Part shown: piece by piece, positions 25,161-39,803 of the stretch
Layout: every line of letters starts with the position of its first letter
Position numbering within the stretch: position 1 is the first letter of the stretch
From: Callorhinchus milii
Taxonomy: Eukaryota
DNA: 64,000 nucleotides
NCBI RefSeq assembly: GCF_018977255.1
Contig: NW_024704743.1
Location: 82,710,001 to 82,774,000, forward strand
Reading direction: 5' to 3'
The notes under the pieces: generated by a model
What the model was told of the DNA's origin: nothing
Databases searched by the model: none
Seen by the model: only the letters and a program-made list of their open reading frames with translations
Program-made: the position numbers and the translations under genes

Positions 25161-25784
25161 AAATGTAAGACATCAGTGCTCAGTATAGTGATTCACTTTC
25201 ATTATTTCTGTTTGCAGTAATTTAGGAAGCACAGTGAATTTATGGTCTGTACATTGTTTTGTTGGAGCATTTATTTCATTGCCATTGTGCAATTAACACT
25301 TATATGTGAAGTTCAAAAGTACTCATCTCCCACATAGATTATTTCAGTTCTGTGCTGCACTCCATTGAAAACAACAACAGTAACAACTTGGATTTATATA
25401 GCACTCTTCAACGGGATAGCGTCTTGGAGTGCTGAGAATTGTATAAAATATCTAATTACATCACCCAATTTGAGCAAGTGAGTCTGATTGCTAGATGGCC
25501 TTGGGATTCAAGCTTTGAATCATGTAGTTGGGAGTCAAACATTCAACAGCTTCCCCTGCCTCCCCAAGCATAAATTTAAATCTAATGGGATTTGGCAAGC
25601 AAAGTGTGTGAGAATGCTGCCCTTTCAGTTCTGAGAATGCAGTTTGGTTTCAGCTCGGCTTGATAAACTTCAAGTGATTGGGTCCGTAATAAATGGTTAT
25701 AGGAATTATAACCACTGTAGCCATACCATCAAAGTAACTTAACCACCGAGCATCACTTCCTGATTCATGCTGGGAAAGTTTTAA

Positions 25785-26075
25785 GCCTTCAAGGCCGGTC
25801 TCAAAACCTTTCTCTTTGACCGAGCCTTCAGCTCCCCTCTCGACTCTCTTCCCCCTTCTCGCTCCCTCCCATCCCTCCCCTCACCCTGACCATTTCCCCC
25901 CTCCTCGCTCCCTCCCCTCCCCTCACCCTGACCATTTCCCCCCTCCTCGCTCCCTCCCTTCCCTCCCCTCACCATTTCCCCCCTGCTCGGGTCATGACCC
26001 AACTGTGTAGCGCCTTGGGACGTCCTCCTGACGTGAAAGGCGCTTTATAAATGGAATCTTGTTGTTGTTGTTGTA
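25785..26075 (+). mobile_element. L2 3' end with internal tandem repeat, same subfamily as 7592-7875
   Basis: Near-identical to the 7592-7875 copy, including the repeated unit and (gtt)n tail. Confidence 0.85.
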
Positions 26076-28329
26076 AGCGCCTTGGGACGTCCTCTGGGAG
26101 TGAGAGGCAGTATATGAATGTAAAGTTTTATTATATCAAATGTTGACTGGAAGGCAGAAGGTTATTATTTTTAAAATTACCTTTTAGTAGTATAACTGTA
26201 ATCTTGCAGAAATAAGGATACTTCTCCTATCCAAGTAGCTTTATCATAGTAATAGTATATAATGTGACTGTCATTGTAGATATCTATGCTTTGATTGGCT
26301 AAAACAATTCTTGAAAGGATCATGGAGCTCATCAACAATAACTTGTATTTATGTATCCCCGTCACGCAAGCAGAGGCTCGGAGAACTTACCAGCAGTGGG
26401 GTTTGATGCTGAGCTGGAAAGAGAGGGGAAGATGACTGAAGGCATAGTTGTAGAAGAAAGTGTTCAGGTGTGATTTGAAGATGGGCAGAGAAGGGGAATG
26501 ATGGAGGGATTAAACAGGGAGTTCCAGAGATTTGGGGCATAGTAGCAGAAAGCACTGGTATCAGTAGTAAAGCCGAGGGGACTAAAGGCAGAAAAGATCA
26601 GAAGGAAAAGCGCAAAAAAAACCTTTAGAAGAGAAGACTGGAAGGCAGAAGGTTATTATTTTTAAAATTACCTTTTAGTAGTATAACTGTAATCTTGCAG
26701 AAATAAGGATACTTCTGCTATCCAAGTAGCTTTATTATAGAGTATATTTCAGTGTAGGAATTGGAAACATTAAGGAAAAGACTGTCCCAGGAAGCTTGGA
26801 ATTCTGTGCAGTCAGCAGTTGTCTAAGGGTTAACAAATGTTTGTTTTTCTGCTTTTTGTTCAAATTTAACCATTTTAATTATAGTGGGGATAGCCTGCCA
26901 GGGAGCTGACTGGGTGCAATTGCTGAATGTGTCAATTGGACACAATGTGTCAGCTGCCACCTTTAACATTCATAGTTATATTTTATGGTATCTGCTGAAT
27001 TCAGAATGTTAATTCCGGTCTCACGTACTTCTCGGGTTCGTAACCCATTCTGTTTTTTTTGAAGAGAAATATATATACACACGTGTGTGCTCTGATAATA
27101 TCCAGTATCTTCTTTAGTTTATACTAATAAAACATCTGTCTGCGCTTCAAGAAAGATCTCAATAACCGATTGAATTAGAGTCTTGATTTATACCTCATTG
27201 GAAGGTCTTGTAACTGGGAGTGACATGGGCATATTTGTTTTTGGGTATCTCCTATTGCTTTTGAGTCATTTTCAGCTTTGCGTTTTTCGCTGTAGTTACA
27301 CCTGGTGGCCGCCGAGTCATTGTGATGCTGTGGTATTCTGTATCACAGAGCACTTACGTAGCCAAGCGGCGGAAACAAAATAAACTAGGTACAGCTAGTA
27401 TATTTATAAATTAACTAAAGCAAGTTAAACGTGATCATAATAATTTCAAATTGTTTTAAGGGCTATTAAAGTTTCATCTTGGATGATTAATCTTTGTTGA
27501 GTGAAGTAAGGTTTAGGGTTAACTATTGGGAGTTGGGATGTAGCTGTTTTTTTTAAAAGCTTTGAGTTTTTGAATAGGTATAGAAAGAAACCCTCAAAGC
27601 TTTAACAGCCGTTGATGTACCAGAGACACTGCCGATTTCTCAGTAGTAAATGTCCATACAGTACCATTAGAAAAAAAATGGTTCTCAGTTAAAACATTCA
27701 TTGTGCTTTTTTTCAATTCAAAAGAATGCAGAGAAATGCCTGAACTGTAAGAAGACTTTTTTTTCTTGTAAATTAATTTTAAGTGATCAGGGTTCACTGA
27801 TATGTGAAATTAGCAGTGCCTTGTAGGATGCTAATAAATTGGATGAAGCATCAGTGACAAAGAAGCTGCAACATAGCCTTCCAAGTTTTGACATCAAAGC
27901 TTTGTGTCAGACTGAGACTCCAACAAGTCCCTAGTGGGCACAAGTCCACATAACAGATGTTCTTGAATTCAACATGAGTGTATCTGGCAGTCATACAATA
28001 ACCTTATTGTAACAATTCAGAAATCTAGAGTGTGGGAAAGTGAGATTACTCACCAAAGTAATCCCTGATCTCCAAGTGAGAGTATTTGTTACGTGGACAC
28101 TTGCATTTATCAAATCACAGGTGCACACCATAAATTTTAGAAAAAAATGTCGCTACACTCTCTCACGGAATGCGCATGACCCATCACTAAAGACTCTTCT
28201 CAGCATCTATTAGTAGGTTTTTAAACATCGAGCTGTTCTCACAAAGAGAAATAGGTGGGTAACTACATTTATGTGGGAAGGGTCTTCTTTGGAGTACAGG
28301 AGCATGTTTAAATATAATACTAAAAATAA

Positions 28330-29640
28330 ATTAACAACAATAACAAAATTACATTTGTATAGCGCCTTTCACATCGGGAGGACATCCCAGGGCGCTGGAC
28401 AGACAGAGTTTCGGACCTGAGCTCGGGGTCGGGGAGGGTGGAGGGCAGACGGGGAAGCAGGGAGATTGAAAGCATGGTTGAAGAGGAGGGTTTTGAGATG
28501 GGTCTTGAAGGTGGCAAGCGAGGGGGTGAGGAGGAGAGACTCCGGGATGGAGTTCCAGAGGGTGGAGCAGAGTGGCTCCGCCTGCCAATAGTGGGGCGAG
28601 CGAGGCAGGGGACATGAAGCAGGCTGGAGCCCGCTGAGCGGAGGGAGCGAGCAGGATGGTAAGGGGTTAGGAGGTCGCAGAGATAGGGGGGAGCAAGACC
28701 ATGGAGGGCTTTGAAGGTGAGGACCAGGATCTTGAACTGTATCCTCTGTGAGACGAGAAGCCAGTGGAGTTGGGCATGGATGGGGGTGATAGGGTCACGG
28801 AGCCTGGTGTGGGAGAGGACACGGGCTGCAGAGTTCTGGATGATCTGCAGCCTATGGAGGTAGGAATTGGGGAGGCCGACAAGCAGTGAGTTTGCATAGT
28901 CGAGCATCGATGTAATTAAAGTATGTATGAGGGTTTTGGTGGCCTGTGGTGTGAGACAGTGGTGGAGCCGGGCAATGTTGCGGAGGTGGGGAAGACAGAG
29001 CGGGACATGGCACAGATGTGGGGTAGAAAGGATAGTTGAGGGTCAAACAAGACCCCAAGATTCGGGACTGGCTCAGTGAGGTGGAGTGTGCAACCATGGA
29101 TGGTGATGCTGTCAGCGCCTGAGGTGAGGAGGCGCTGACGGGAGCCAATCAGGAGAGCCTCGGTCTTATTGACATTCAACTGAAGAAAGTTAGCTCTCAT
29201 CCAGGTCTTGATGTCTGACAGAGTGAAGGGTGGAGGCAGAGAGGAAGAGTTGGGTGACATGCGCATACATGTGAAAGTTGACCCCATGTCTGTGGATGAT
29301 GTCTCCAAGCGGGAGCATATAGATATTGAAGAGGAGGGGACCAAGGGCAGAGCCCTGAGGAACGCCATACGAGACTGTGCAGGGGCTAGAGGCAAAATTG
29401 TTTGTGGAGATGAAGGGGAGGCGGTGTGAGAGTTACGATCTGAACCAGTCAAGGACCGAGCCGTGAAGGTTGAGGTGAGAGGAGAGGTGGTGAACGAGGA
29501 TAGAGTGGTCGACAGTGTCGAAGGCAACAGAGAGGTCAAGGAGGACGAGGAGGCAGAGGGAGCCCTTGTCACTTTGATCAGGGTTGTTTCTCTGCTGTGG
29601 GCGGCACGGAAACTCGATTGGAGGGGTTCGAGAAAGGAAT
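28330..29640 (-). mobile_element. L2 LINE fragment (~1.3 kb, RT domain to 3' tail)
   Basis: Minus-strand translations [23 protein letters not shown] and LDYANSLL...LHWLL...FKALHG; upstream [16 protein letters not shown] sequence near 29505-29545. Confidence 0.92.
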
Positions 29641-31227
29641 TAAATTAAATATACTATTTAAATTATAATATTAAATATAATATTTAAATAAAGCATACCT
29701 ATAAATAAATACTACAAATAAAACATATATATTTAAACGCTGAAAAAATACTTTTTTTCTCCTACATTAAGGATCTAATACTTGGAAGAAGAAGGAAAGG
29801 ATGATCGAGTGAAACTGAAAGAATATCTGCTGCTGAGGATGCATCACTCTTAGTTGAAAACTCTTAATAGATCTAGTGGGCAGAGATTAACAGTGCCATT
29901 GATTACTCATTTGGTGATATTCTGTTTTGTAAATGGGCTGTCATTATTCTCCTTATTTGTAAGGAACTCCTTGATTTTATGAGGTTTGGTCCAATGATCT
30001 AGGAGCAATTTGTTTGGACATGTAGAAGCCAATGAAACTTAATCCTGATTTATGAGCCAAGAATAGAAATGTTGTAATTCACAAGTAATTTGAAATTTGA
30101 AAGTAATTCATTCATTTTGATGGAACTCTGAAACTTAATTAAATGGTAGTATTTTCAGGAATAAATGAATTGTATAGTTCTTCCTTGAATATGATTACTA
30201 TTGCAACATCAGTTGTAGGATAAATAACCTGCCTCTCAATAGTCTAAACCTAGCTCACATTTGATATGAACCCAAAACTGGGATGCTGTTGCATCATGAT
30301 AGGCATAGCCAACATTGAAGGATTGAAAAGCAACATTATTATGAACATTTGGCAACTTCAAGCCAATTATCCATTTAGTAACCTCTTACTTAAAACCCAT
30401 AAAGTCAGTAGGATTGTGAGCTTCTACTTTCATAATCCATACCCATACTGAAAATGAAAGTCAAGTTTCCAACCTTGTCAACATCGCTCTATAAATGCAG
30501 TGGAAGTGAAGATTCTTGTCGTAGCATTAAACTCATGTTTACCTTTCCAATTTGCATCTAATTGAAAAACATGATCTAGAAGTTGGCTTTGTTTTTGAAT
30601 ATTGATATCTTTATGGTTGGATTGTAGCTGAACAAAACACAGTCACCGTGCATCTGTTTATGTTATATCTGACCTAGCAGTTCTTGAAATCTATTGTTAC
30701 AAATGAGGAAGCTGACCCTTTTTTTGTACCTACATCCATTACCTCAAAGATCCACTTACCTACCCAGCTCAAGACGGATATTGGTTGCATCGATTCACAC
30801 CATTGGTTTCTTGTAGAGGAATGCCAAATCTCAGCTAGATCTTTAGAGGGAAATACCGAATCGTTGGAAGGTACTTTGAGGAAATTGAAAAGTCATTCTA
30901 TGCTGATGTCAGCCTGGCTCAGTTTGTAGTATTCTCAATTTTGAGTCAGAAGACTGTGGGTTCAAGCCTTATGTTGGGACTTTGAAGTCACAGAGTCTAG
31001 GGTGACGCTCCAATACAGCACTGGAGGTGTACTTCAGTGTAGATGTTACTATCCTTTGGTTGAGACATTTACAGTGCTATGGTTGTAAAAATTGGAGATT
31101 TGATTTTCATTTTCATGTGTTAAACGAAGTTCCCATCTGTCTGTTCAGGACTTTGATAAAGATCGCATGGCACATTTCGAAAAGAGAAGGGAATGTCTCC
31201 CAAATGCAATTGGTCCTTCACGTCATA

Positions 31228-31476
31228 CTAATAATAATAATCCTTGCATCTGATTTAACTCTGTTCACATCTTTGAGATGTCTCAAAGCGTTTCATAGAA
31301 TGTACTGTAAAGAGAATTGACTGCATATTTTGTGGGTGAAACGCAGCAGCCAATTGCACACAGCAGTCATGGATTGAAGTGACCAATTTATTTTATTTAA
31401 GGAATTATTACCCCCAGAAAAGCGATCTGCCAATCGACTAACAACCGGGTTCCTACTTACTGCTAGGTAAACAGAA
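31228..31476 (-). mobile_element. tRNA SINE, long form, 5'-truncated
   Basis: Reverse complement of the 16112-16372 sequence. Confidence 0.8.
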
Positions 31477-34400
31477 GCGTTAGTGGGTTATTTAGTCTGT
31501 TATGCCTACACAAACTACTTTTTGTCTCTCTGAAGGCCTGTTTGCCTATAGAAGCCAACACTTACTTTACAGTATATACTGTGAAGCGCTTTGGGACATC
31601 CTCCCTGCATGAAAGGCAGTACATCAATTGTAAGGGTTATTACTAACACCCCCTAGGGAACTGCTCCTCATTGTTTTCAGCTCTTTGAACTTGTCATAAT
31701 CCTGCAGCTCAAACAATGTTTACAGGATGTTGAATGTCAAGTTTGTAAGGAGTTCTCTCTGGTTAAAAACTTCAGGAAGTAGTCATTTAATATGTTTGCT
31801 CTCTCCTGCTCATTCTCTTTTTCAACCCCAATTACAACGATACAAGAAAAGAGAAGGGAGTTCCTCTTGCTCTCCTGCCCAGCATTCCTCCAGATTAATT
31901 GGTTTCTCCACTCATGAATGTTTGTAGGACTTGGCTGCCAGGTCTGTCTACTGAAACAGTCACTATAATTGACTGCAATTACTTGTGAAGTGCTTTCAGC
32001 CGTTTGAATATGATGAGCTGTGATCAAACCGTGTTTGTTTTTCTTGTTGTGTTTCAAATTCCATTTTGTTTTTCTTTGGCTTATAAAGTGTGTTCTAACA
32101 TAAAATCCCTGAGGCTTGAGTCAGGTGGACCCTGTTTATACAGTGCTTTGGTGTGCAGCGGGGTATACAGGTCTGTATATTGTGTGGGGGCACTGTAGGT
32201 GCACTGGAACTATAGTACATTTCTGGTACAGAAGGCCTCCTGGCCTTCCAGCACCCATTAATTAAGAATTCCGCCAGAGCCTCGCCCTTCCTAAATTCTG
32301 CACTCTCACTACACCAGTCCTTGCCAAGCTCCTGACCCTCTATTGCTGTACAGATATTTCAAGATGCTTGGCACCTCCCTACTTCTCTGACTTGCTTGAT
32401 TCCAGTCCACTAACTGCCCCCTTTATCAGCTGGTTTAAACCATCTACACATCCCTTGTCCCCTCCACTCTACCATTGGCTTTCAGCCCCAAGGCTTTGGA
32501 ACTCTTTGCCCCAATCGCTCTTCCTCCTTGCCTGTCCTCAGATCATACCTGAAGACTTTCCTTTTCAACATTGCCTACGGTCATAGATCTTCTCTCCCTG
32601 ACTTGGTGTCGAGCTCCACCACTATTAAGCACTCCAAGGTGATACCCCATTTGAAGTGCGATATATAAATGCAAATTGTTGTGGAAGTTATTTGAAGTTA
32701 TTGCAATGTATGTCAATAGCTGCTATTAAATCTAAGTTATGGCCACTAGATGTCACCCATACACCATAATTCATTAATGCATATTGTCAAATGAATACTT
32801 CTTGTATAATTGCAATTTTTACAGTTATAGTTGTAATCATATAGTCCAAGCTGACACTCCAACACAATGCTGGGGATGTGCTGAATTATTGGAGGTGCCA
32901 TTGTTCGGATAAAACCGAGATCCTGTCTGCCTGTTTGAGTGGATATTAAAGATCTCTTGCACTATTCCAAACGAGAAGAGAGTTTCTTCTGTTGCCCTGA
33001 CCACCAATTCCCCAAATAAAATTGGCCATTCACTTCATGGCTGTTTGTGGGACATTCCTGTACACAAATAGGCTGTTGTGTTTGCCTATATTATAAACTG
33101 TTAAGCACTTTGAGATATCCTGACGTGAAAGACTGTATAAAATTTAAGGTTTATTGTTATTATTTTAATTGATTAGGGTTTGCTGAAGCATTATTGCCTG
33201 CTTAGAGTTTAAATTACTTCTAATATAGTATAACTTGCTCTATGCCATTACCATGGTTATTGTGCACAGTATGCACTTGTTATCTCCAGAGGACAATTAA
33301 TGACTGGAATGGGTTACCAGGAAGGTTGATTGAGGCCAGGACGCTGGACCTGTTTTAAAAAGAAGCTAAATGGTTTCAGATGGAATGGGACGAAGAACAT
33401 TCTTCATCCGAGCAGCTTTTGAATTTACCCTCTGGGAACTGAAATACTTCTTGGTGTCTGTTCTTAAATTGCCCTTTGCAACCCAAACACTCTGTCCTCT
33501 TGTTTTTTCTCTCTCTCTTTCGAGGTGCGTCCAAAACTATTTCTATCTATAATCTTATAAACCTATATTAGGTTCCCATTGAGACTTCTCTTTCCTGGAC
33601 TAAAGTGTCAGATTAAATTTTTCTAGACTAAAGAACTGCAACTTGTCTAATTATTGCATATAACTCATTGCTCATCCTTTTTTCTCTCCTCTGCACGGCC
33701 ACTTTTGACATGGGTAGCTCTTTATGTTGGAGCAACCAAAACTGTACACAATTGTGGCTGATTAGAGCTTGAGCATGATGTCTTGGGATCTGAATTGAAC
33801 TGTTTTGGCAATATAGCCCAACACCCTATTTGCCTTCTTTATTCCTATCACACCGTTTTGACATAGTGAGTGATGAGTCAGCTAATATCCTCTTTCAGCT
33901 TCGCCTTTTCAGCTATCCCATCCATCAAATTACATATGCCTTCTATTCCTTTATCAGTGGCACAGGATATTGGAACTACCTTTTTGGTCAGTCAACCAAA
34001 TGGATTTTTCCTCATGTATGGCCGCGTCATGTGTATCGCAGCTCAGTAGCTATTGGAAACAAGGTATTGATTTGGCGTGGACTTGCCTAGACTAGTGCGG
34101 GTGTTTGGTGGGCCACTTTTTGTTGCTCTAAGAAGCCGATCGCAATCAACAAATTGGAGACTCCCGACCTATACGATTTATGTCCCTACTGAATCAAGAC
34201 TATTAGACTCATTTTTATTTTGCAGCTAGATACTAAGAAAAGAAAATAACTTGCCTTTTTATAGTGTCTTCCATGTCGAAGAGTTTAACAGTAAGTTTTG
34301 TCAAGTGCAGTGACTGTTTTTGGTAGCCAAACACGGCAGCCATTTTGTGCACAGCAAGGTGCCCAAATAGCAATGAGGTAAATGATTTATGTGAAGGATT

Positions 34401-36194
34401 ATTGGCCAGGACATCAGGAGCAGCTTCCCTTTCTTTCCAAATAGTGCCATGGGATCATTAATGTGCACAAAGCTTGCAGTGTAATGCACATGCATCTGTT
34501 ATTCTGCAAGTAATCGTTTTGTATTATAAATCCAGCACGTTCAACAAGGTAGAAACAGTGTAAACTTACATTTTTAGTTGAAATAAAATAAAATTGCTGT
34601 TCCAGCAGTATTTCTGGAATGTTTAAGTGGAAAAAAATTACAACATTATTAGGGGCATTTGTTGCACTTTCAACTATTGCTGGGATAGTTATGCATTGAA
34701 TTTTTTTTATAAATAAAAGTGTTTTTAGGGCTTCTTGAAACACACTTTCCAGTCCATATTGTAGTTGTTTTTCTTTTTTAATGCAATGGTTGGATTTTTT
34801 TCTGGGAATATACAGTAAAAGCCTTGCAGCGTTGAGGCTTTGTTCATTCCAATGGGCTTAAAACCCCATTCTGGCCCTGGTTTTGTGTTCTCTAGGCATC
34901 ATTTTGATTTATAATGACAGTGAGAGCCTCAAAGGTTTCTAGTCCCATGGTGACAAAAACCATGAAGCCAAAAAAAAACTTGTCTGTTGTTACCCTATTA
35001 GTTGTTACTTTTTCGAGTCAGTATTGTCACTGTTGTGTGGTTTACATTTTTACATAGTTTACATTCCACCCCCCTCCCCTACCAGTTGTAACAGATTAGT
35101 TTACTTTATGTAGTGGGGGAAGGAAACATAATTTTCCCCTTAGAACCTTTGTTCAAATCCATCTCTGATTGTTTTTGCTTTCCGGTGGCGGTAAAGATCC
35201 TACAGCATATGAGACATGAATTTAGTCTTAAATCTATTTTATTTGGACCTGTGACCATGAGCCAAACAGAAGAGACAATAAATGTACAGCAGGTAAGTAA
35301 GCATCTGAAAGAAGAAAATGTCATACACCAAATTGTTAACCAATTATGAGTTTTGGTGAAAGAAACTTTTTCTATCGGGTGCTGATTGACCTGATGAGTA
35401 TTTCTAGCATTTTGCCGATTTTATTTCAGATTTCCAGCTTTGACAGTTTTTTATTTCTGGATCACAACCTAAAACTGTCCTTTTAATTGGCAAATCTCAC
35501 TTAGCGAGGCTACAAAGATGTAGGATATGGGAAATAGAAAGGTCACCATGGTACTGTAGTGGAAGCGGTTATGAATTTGGAGTTGAATCACATTTGACTG
35601 TGTAGGGGGAGCCTTAAAATCATTGTGGGATACTCTATGGCAAACTTACAAAAGTTTTTCTTCTTTTGTAAGGTCAAAAGCAGGCCTGCAAGTCAGTCAT
35701 TTTTGGCAGGGAAGCTGGCTGGTCCATGCACCAAATATAACCCATAGGCTACATACCTGCCATAAACAAATGTACAATAAAGGGGTGCCAAACATTGAGA
35801 TCCAACTGTATACACATCATAATAATGAATAAGTAACAAGAAAATACTGAATATTATAACAAACAGGACCCAGACTTGTTTCTGATTCATAGCATAGGTA
35901 AACATAAATCCATTTTATGGATTACAATATGGGAATAAAATGAACTGATTTACTGTTGATTAAGGCAATCCATTCATGTAAAATGATCTTGGATAGTCTC
36001 AATCCAGTTTCTAGTGAACGTGGACTGCAGCACAAAACGGATTGTACTTTGCCACTTAATTAGTAATCTCACTACGTAGCCATTGTAGATAATTGGTGTG
36101 GAAATATTCAAACTGGTAGAGAAGGAAATGTTCTATTAAGGTTGAAGGCTGAGGAACATTTTTGGGGAAGACTAATCAAAGCTTTACTTTTACG

Positions 36195-36565
36195 GGCGTC
36201 AGTTGGTAGCACCCTCAGCTGTGAGTCAGAAAGTTGTGGGTTCAAGTTCCTTATGGGACTTTGAACTTTTAGTGCAGTGCCAGGGTGGGGATGGAGTGGG
36301 GGGAGCAGGAGGCGGGGGGCTGCATTATCGGAGGTGCCTTCCTTCGAATGAAACATTAAAACCAAGGTCCCGCCTTTCCTAACGCTGAAGATGAACTACT
36401 TGAAAAGAGAAGGGATTGTATCTCCTGTTGTCCCGGTCAACAGTCCCCAGATAAAACTAGTCATTTACATCAAGGCTGTATGTGGCACATTGCTGTGCTA
36501 ATTTGGCTGCTCATTTGCCTACAAATACACAATCACTTTACTATGCAGTATAAGGATTATTATTG
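36195..36565 (+). mobile_element. Deu-domain SINE, diverged
   Basis: gtgggttcaag head, ggaggtgccttccttcgaatgaaacattaaaacc core, tgtggcacattgctgtgc tail. Confidence 0.65.
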
Positions 36566-36678
36566 TTTATCGTTGCATCTGGCAAATTTAATAAAAGAGT
36601 GCCTGTTCCTGTGGAACGTAACAAGATGTGGTCTATTTCTGGACACTGATCTTGATGATGTAAAGACTTTTATATTTA

Positions 36679-37087
36679 CAGTGCAAGCCACTTAAGCCGG
36701 ATAAACTGGGACCAGTGGTTTTGTCCAGCTTAAGCGGCGTCCAAGGTTAATTGAAGCGATCTTATTCCTCTCATTCCTTCCCTTGTTTCTTCCTTCGTCC
36801 GCCACCCCATCACTGATTGACAGCCCAAAGCCACTTGTGAATGGTTGGAGTCCATTTTCAAACCTTCCCACCTCTATCCTGTAGTCGCTGGTGGCTGAAT
36901 GAAGCCGCTCAAGACACAGAGTGAGTTGACACAGCGGTGATAAGCGAGGCATTTTGTCCGGATTAACCGGATTTTTGTCTGAATTAACAGGCGGATTTAA
37001 AACAAGTAAGAAAACAAATGCAAGGCATTTTTTCCGGTTTACCTGGCGTCCAGGGTTAATGGACATCCAGCTAAAGGGCTTCCACTT
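36679..37087. mobile_element. Tc1/mariner-pogo (Tigger-like) MITE
   Basis: TA|CAGTGCAAGCCACTTAAGCCGGA left end, degenerate inverse TCCAGCTAAAGGGCTTCCACT-TA right end, with subterminal gtccrg(a/c)ttaa repeats. Confidence 0.55.
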
Positions 37088-38459
37088 ATTTTACCCATTT
37101 TATGCTTTCAACTGCATTGTCCAGGAATCTGTATGCTCCTATAGATGACCTGACTGGTCATTGTATCCATTCATAAAACATTGGCCACTTTCCCAGGCTT
37201 GGCACTCTTTCAGCATCTGGATGTCTTAGCGAGCCTAGAACTACCACAGTTGAATTCTTCTCACAATCTACAGGTCCACAGAGACTTGATTCAAAATCCA
37301 ACATGATTGCAGCTCTGCTGGTGACTTGAACATCCAGAAGCTCCTACCCTCTTTTTTTAAGGGATCAAGGAATCCATAAAAAGGCTGTACCTTGGAGCGA
37401 TTGCTGTTAGAAGCTACAATCTAGTAGTTCTTCACATCAGGCTGTCATTTACCCAGTGATCTATTTCTGATTGTAGTGAAAAACTCATTGAAATTTGTAC
37501 AGCATACTCTGTGCTCTTTACTCAGCAAATCTGATGATGGAACATTCTGTTTCAAGACTGATTAGTAGCAGTTTGATCAAAATCAGCTCTCTACATGATA
37601 TGCCACCCAATATACAAAAAGTGTGCAGCTCAATGTGTGGTTCAAAAATCCAGATTCAGTAAGAATTTGTTAGGTCTGCTTTCACTTACCAGTTATCCTT
37701 GTTGAAAGATTTGTTGCTGGATTATTCATACTTTTGTAGATGGAATATTGTCATATTAGAAAAGTATTCTTTGATACTTTTCCAAGGAGTATAATTTACT
37801 TCACACACGGTTTTGATTTTGACTGGGACCTTCCTATAGGGAATTCACAGTGGTCTTTAGCTTCGCTCATATTCTTTACACTTGCTAATTGTAGAAGATA
37901 AGCTAGTACGTAAATCCATTAGACCCAGTTTTAAAAATATTTTTACCTGAAATTAGTTAAATTTATTGTCAAAGCTACCTCATTTATTTCCAAATTGTCA
38001 GACAACATTTACATATGTAATGGAGAAAAAACATTCCCTGCAATCTTTGGAGAGCATGTTTGCTTATGACCTCGGTGAATATCCATTGTAACATATTGCA
38101 AACGTGAAAATGTTCCAGTTTTATTTAAGAGACAAATAGGCCGCCGAATAGGGATATGAGCTGGTTCAGCAGAAAAGTGCGGACCCAATTATTCCGTAGA
38201 ACCCGCTAGAGACACCCTCTTCCACTGCATGTAAAAATGCAATATGCTCGGCCCCAGGCCTCTGTGCGCTGCCGCTTGCTGTTTATTGAATGCCGGGACT
38301 GTGGGTGAAGTGGCTCCGGATGCACGCTGCGGTGCGAGCGGGAAATGTGCTTCGCTTACCCTGAGGTCCCGCTGTTGAGATTGTGTGTGTATGTGTGTTT
38401 GTGACGTCCTCCTGACGTGAAAGGTGCTATGCAAATGTAATTTTGTTGTTGTTTCTGTT

Positions 38460-38586
38460 TCTGTGAGTGTGTCTCTCTTTGTGACTATGAGTATATGTGT
38501 GTCTCTCTGTCTGTGAGAGTGTGTGTGTCTCTGTGTGTGTGTGTGTGTGTGTATACACGTGTGTGTCTCTCTCTGTCTGTGTGTGG
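38460..38586. repeat. (GT)/(CT) compound microsatellite following an L2 tail
   Basis: Directly visible; preceded by gacgtcctcctgacgtgaaaggtgctat...gttgttg. Confidence 0.85.
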
Positions 38587-39803
38587 TGACGGGCCCCGAG
38601 AGGAAGATGGTGATGTTGCGCTGGTGTTTCTTCCCCCCTCTCCCACGAGTGGGCCACCCACCCAGTTTTTGTTGAAGAAAACATTAAGATGTAGGTTGGC
38701 AGTAAAATGAAACTTGATTCAAAATCCAACACCAATCAACCCCCCGGAATTTTCCGCAAAGGTTGCCAAAAGTCCCCGCAATTTTGGGCAAATATTTCTG
38801 CAGTTTTCCATTGGCCCTGGATATGAGCCATATTCCACCAGCGGATTCCAAATAAGTCAGGCCTTGCAATACCTAATGTGTATCACTTGATGAAACCAGT
38901 CAATGCAAACTTTAACTTATTATTCCAGAATGCAAGAATTTATTGGGAATTTGCAATATGCATTGTTTCTATTTTGTCCAATTCCACCGGTCCCCCAGAA
39001 GATAAACAAAGTCAATCTAAGTGTAATTCAATTGATTATCATTTTGTTTACATGCTGGAAAAGCAGCTGATTTTTCGTCTCCCAGTTGAGAAGCAGTCAT
39101 CAGCAGCAAAACTACTTTAGTTTTAAGCACAACAGACTGGATTGAAAGACAAAAGCTTGTTAAATTTTCCAGGGTAATAATCCTTCCAAAAAAAAATTGG
39201 TCACTCTATTCACAATGTTTGTGGGACACTGCTGTTCTCAATTGGCTGCAGTCAATTCACTTAATATATTCTGTGAAGCTTTTTGAGACATTTCAACGAC
39301 GTGATAGTGCGCTACATCAAATGCCAATATTATTATTGTTAAAAGAAAAGCTGGATGTAACCATCCACACTGTCCATATGTGGCATTGGCTGAGGTTTCT
39401 CTATACAAAGATCATTTGATCTTCTGTGGGATCCTGGTTGTCCTGATTATCTGTATGGTGTTGTAGAATCTTGTCTGAAACTCCATTTGGTTGGAGAGCC
39501 TGTGGCAGCTATTTCAAGTTTTGTATGTCTTATTACAAGAAAACCTGTGGGGCTACATCCTATGCTTCATGGTTTATGAAAGGAGCCTACAACAGCATCA
39601 ATTTTCTCAAAAAGCCTTGCTTCAAAGGGTTAGCTGAATCAGGTTCTTCACAAGCACGTGTGTCTTACATCATTTTACAAACCTATGAGAATTAACTTAG
39701 CAGACTTATCTTGTACAAAATGCAGTCAACAATAAACAGCATTGGTTTCAGCCAGGAGAACGATAATTTTCACAAGCCCTGATGATACATTCATCTTACT
39801 CAT

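Noticed and set aside
30684..30929. Harbinger transposase remnant (IGCIDSHH resembling GxIDxTH); similar hint IAAGMLH near 60595
   Set aside because: Single short motifs with no other recognisable transposase blocks.
38137..38875. Second CpG-island promoter or intact DNA transposon
   Set aside because: CpG enrichment is patchy, interrupted by an L2 tail and microsatellite, with no convincing TIRs or splice donor.
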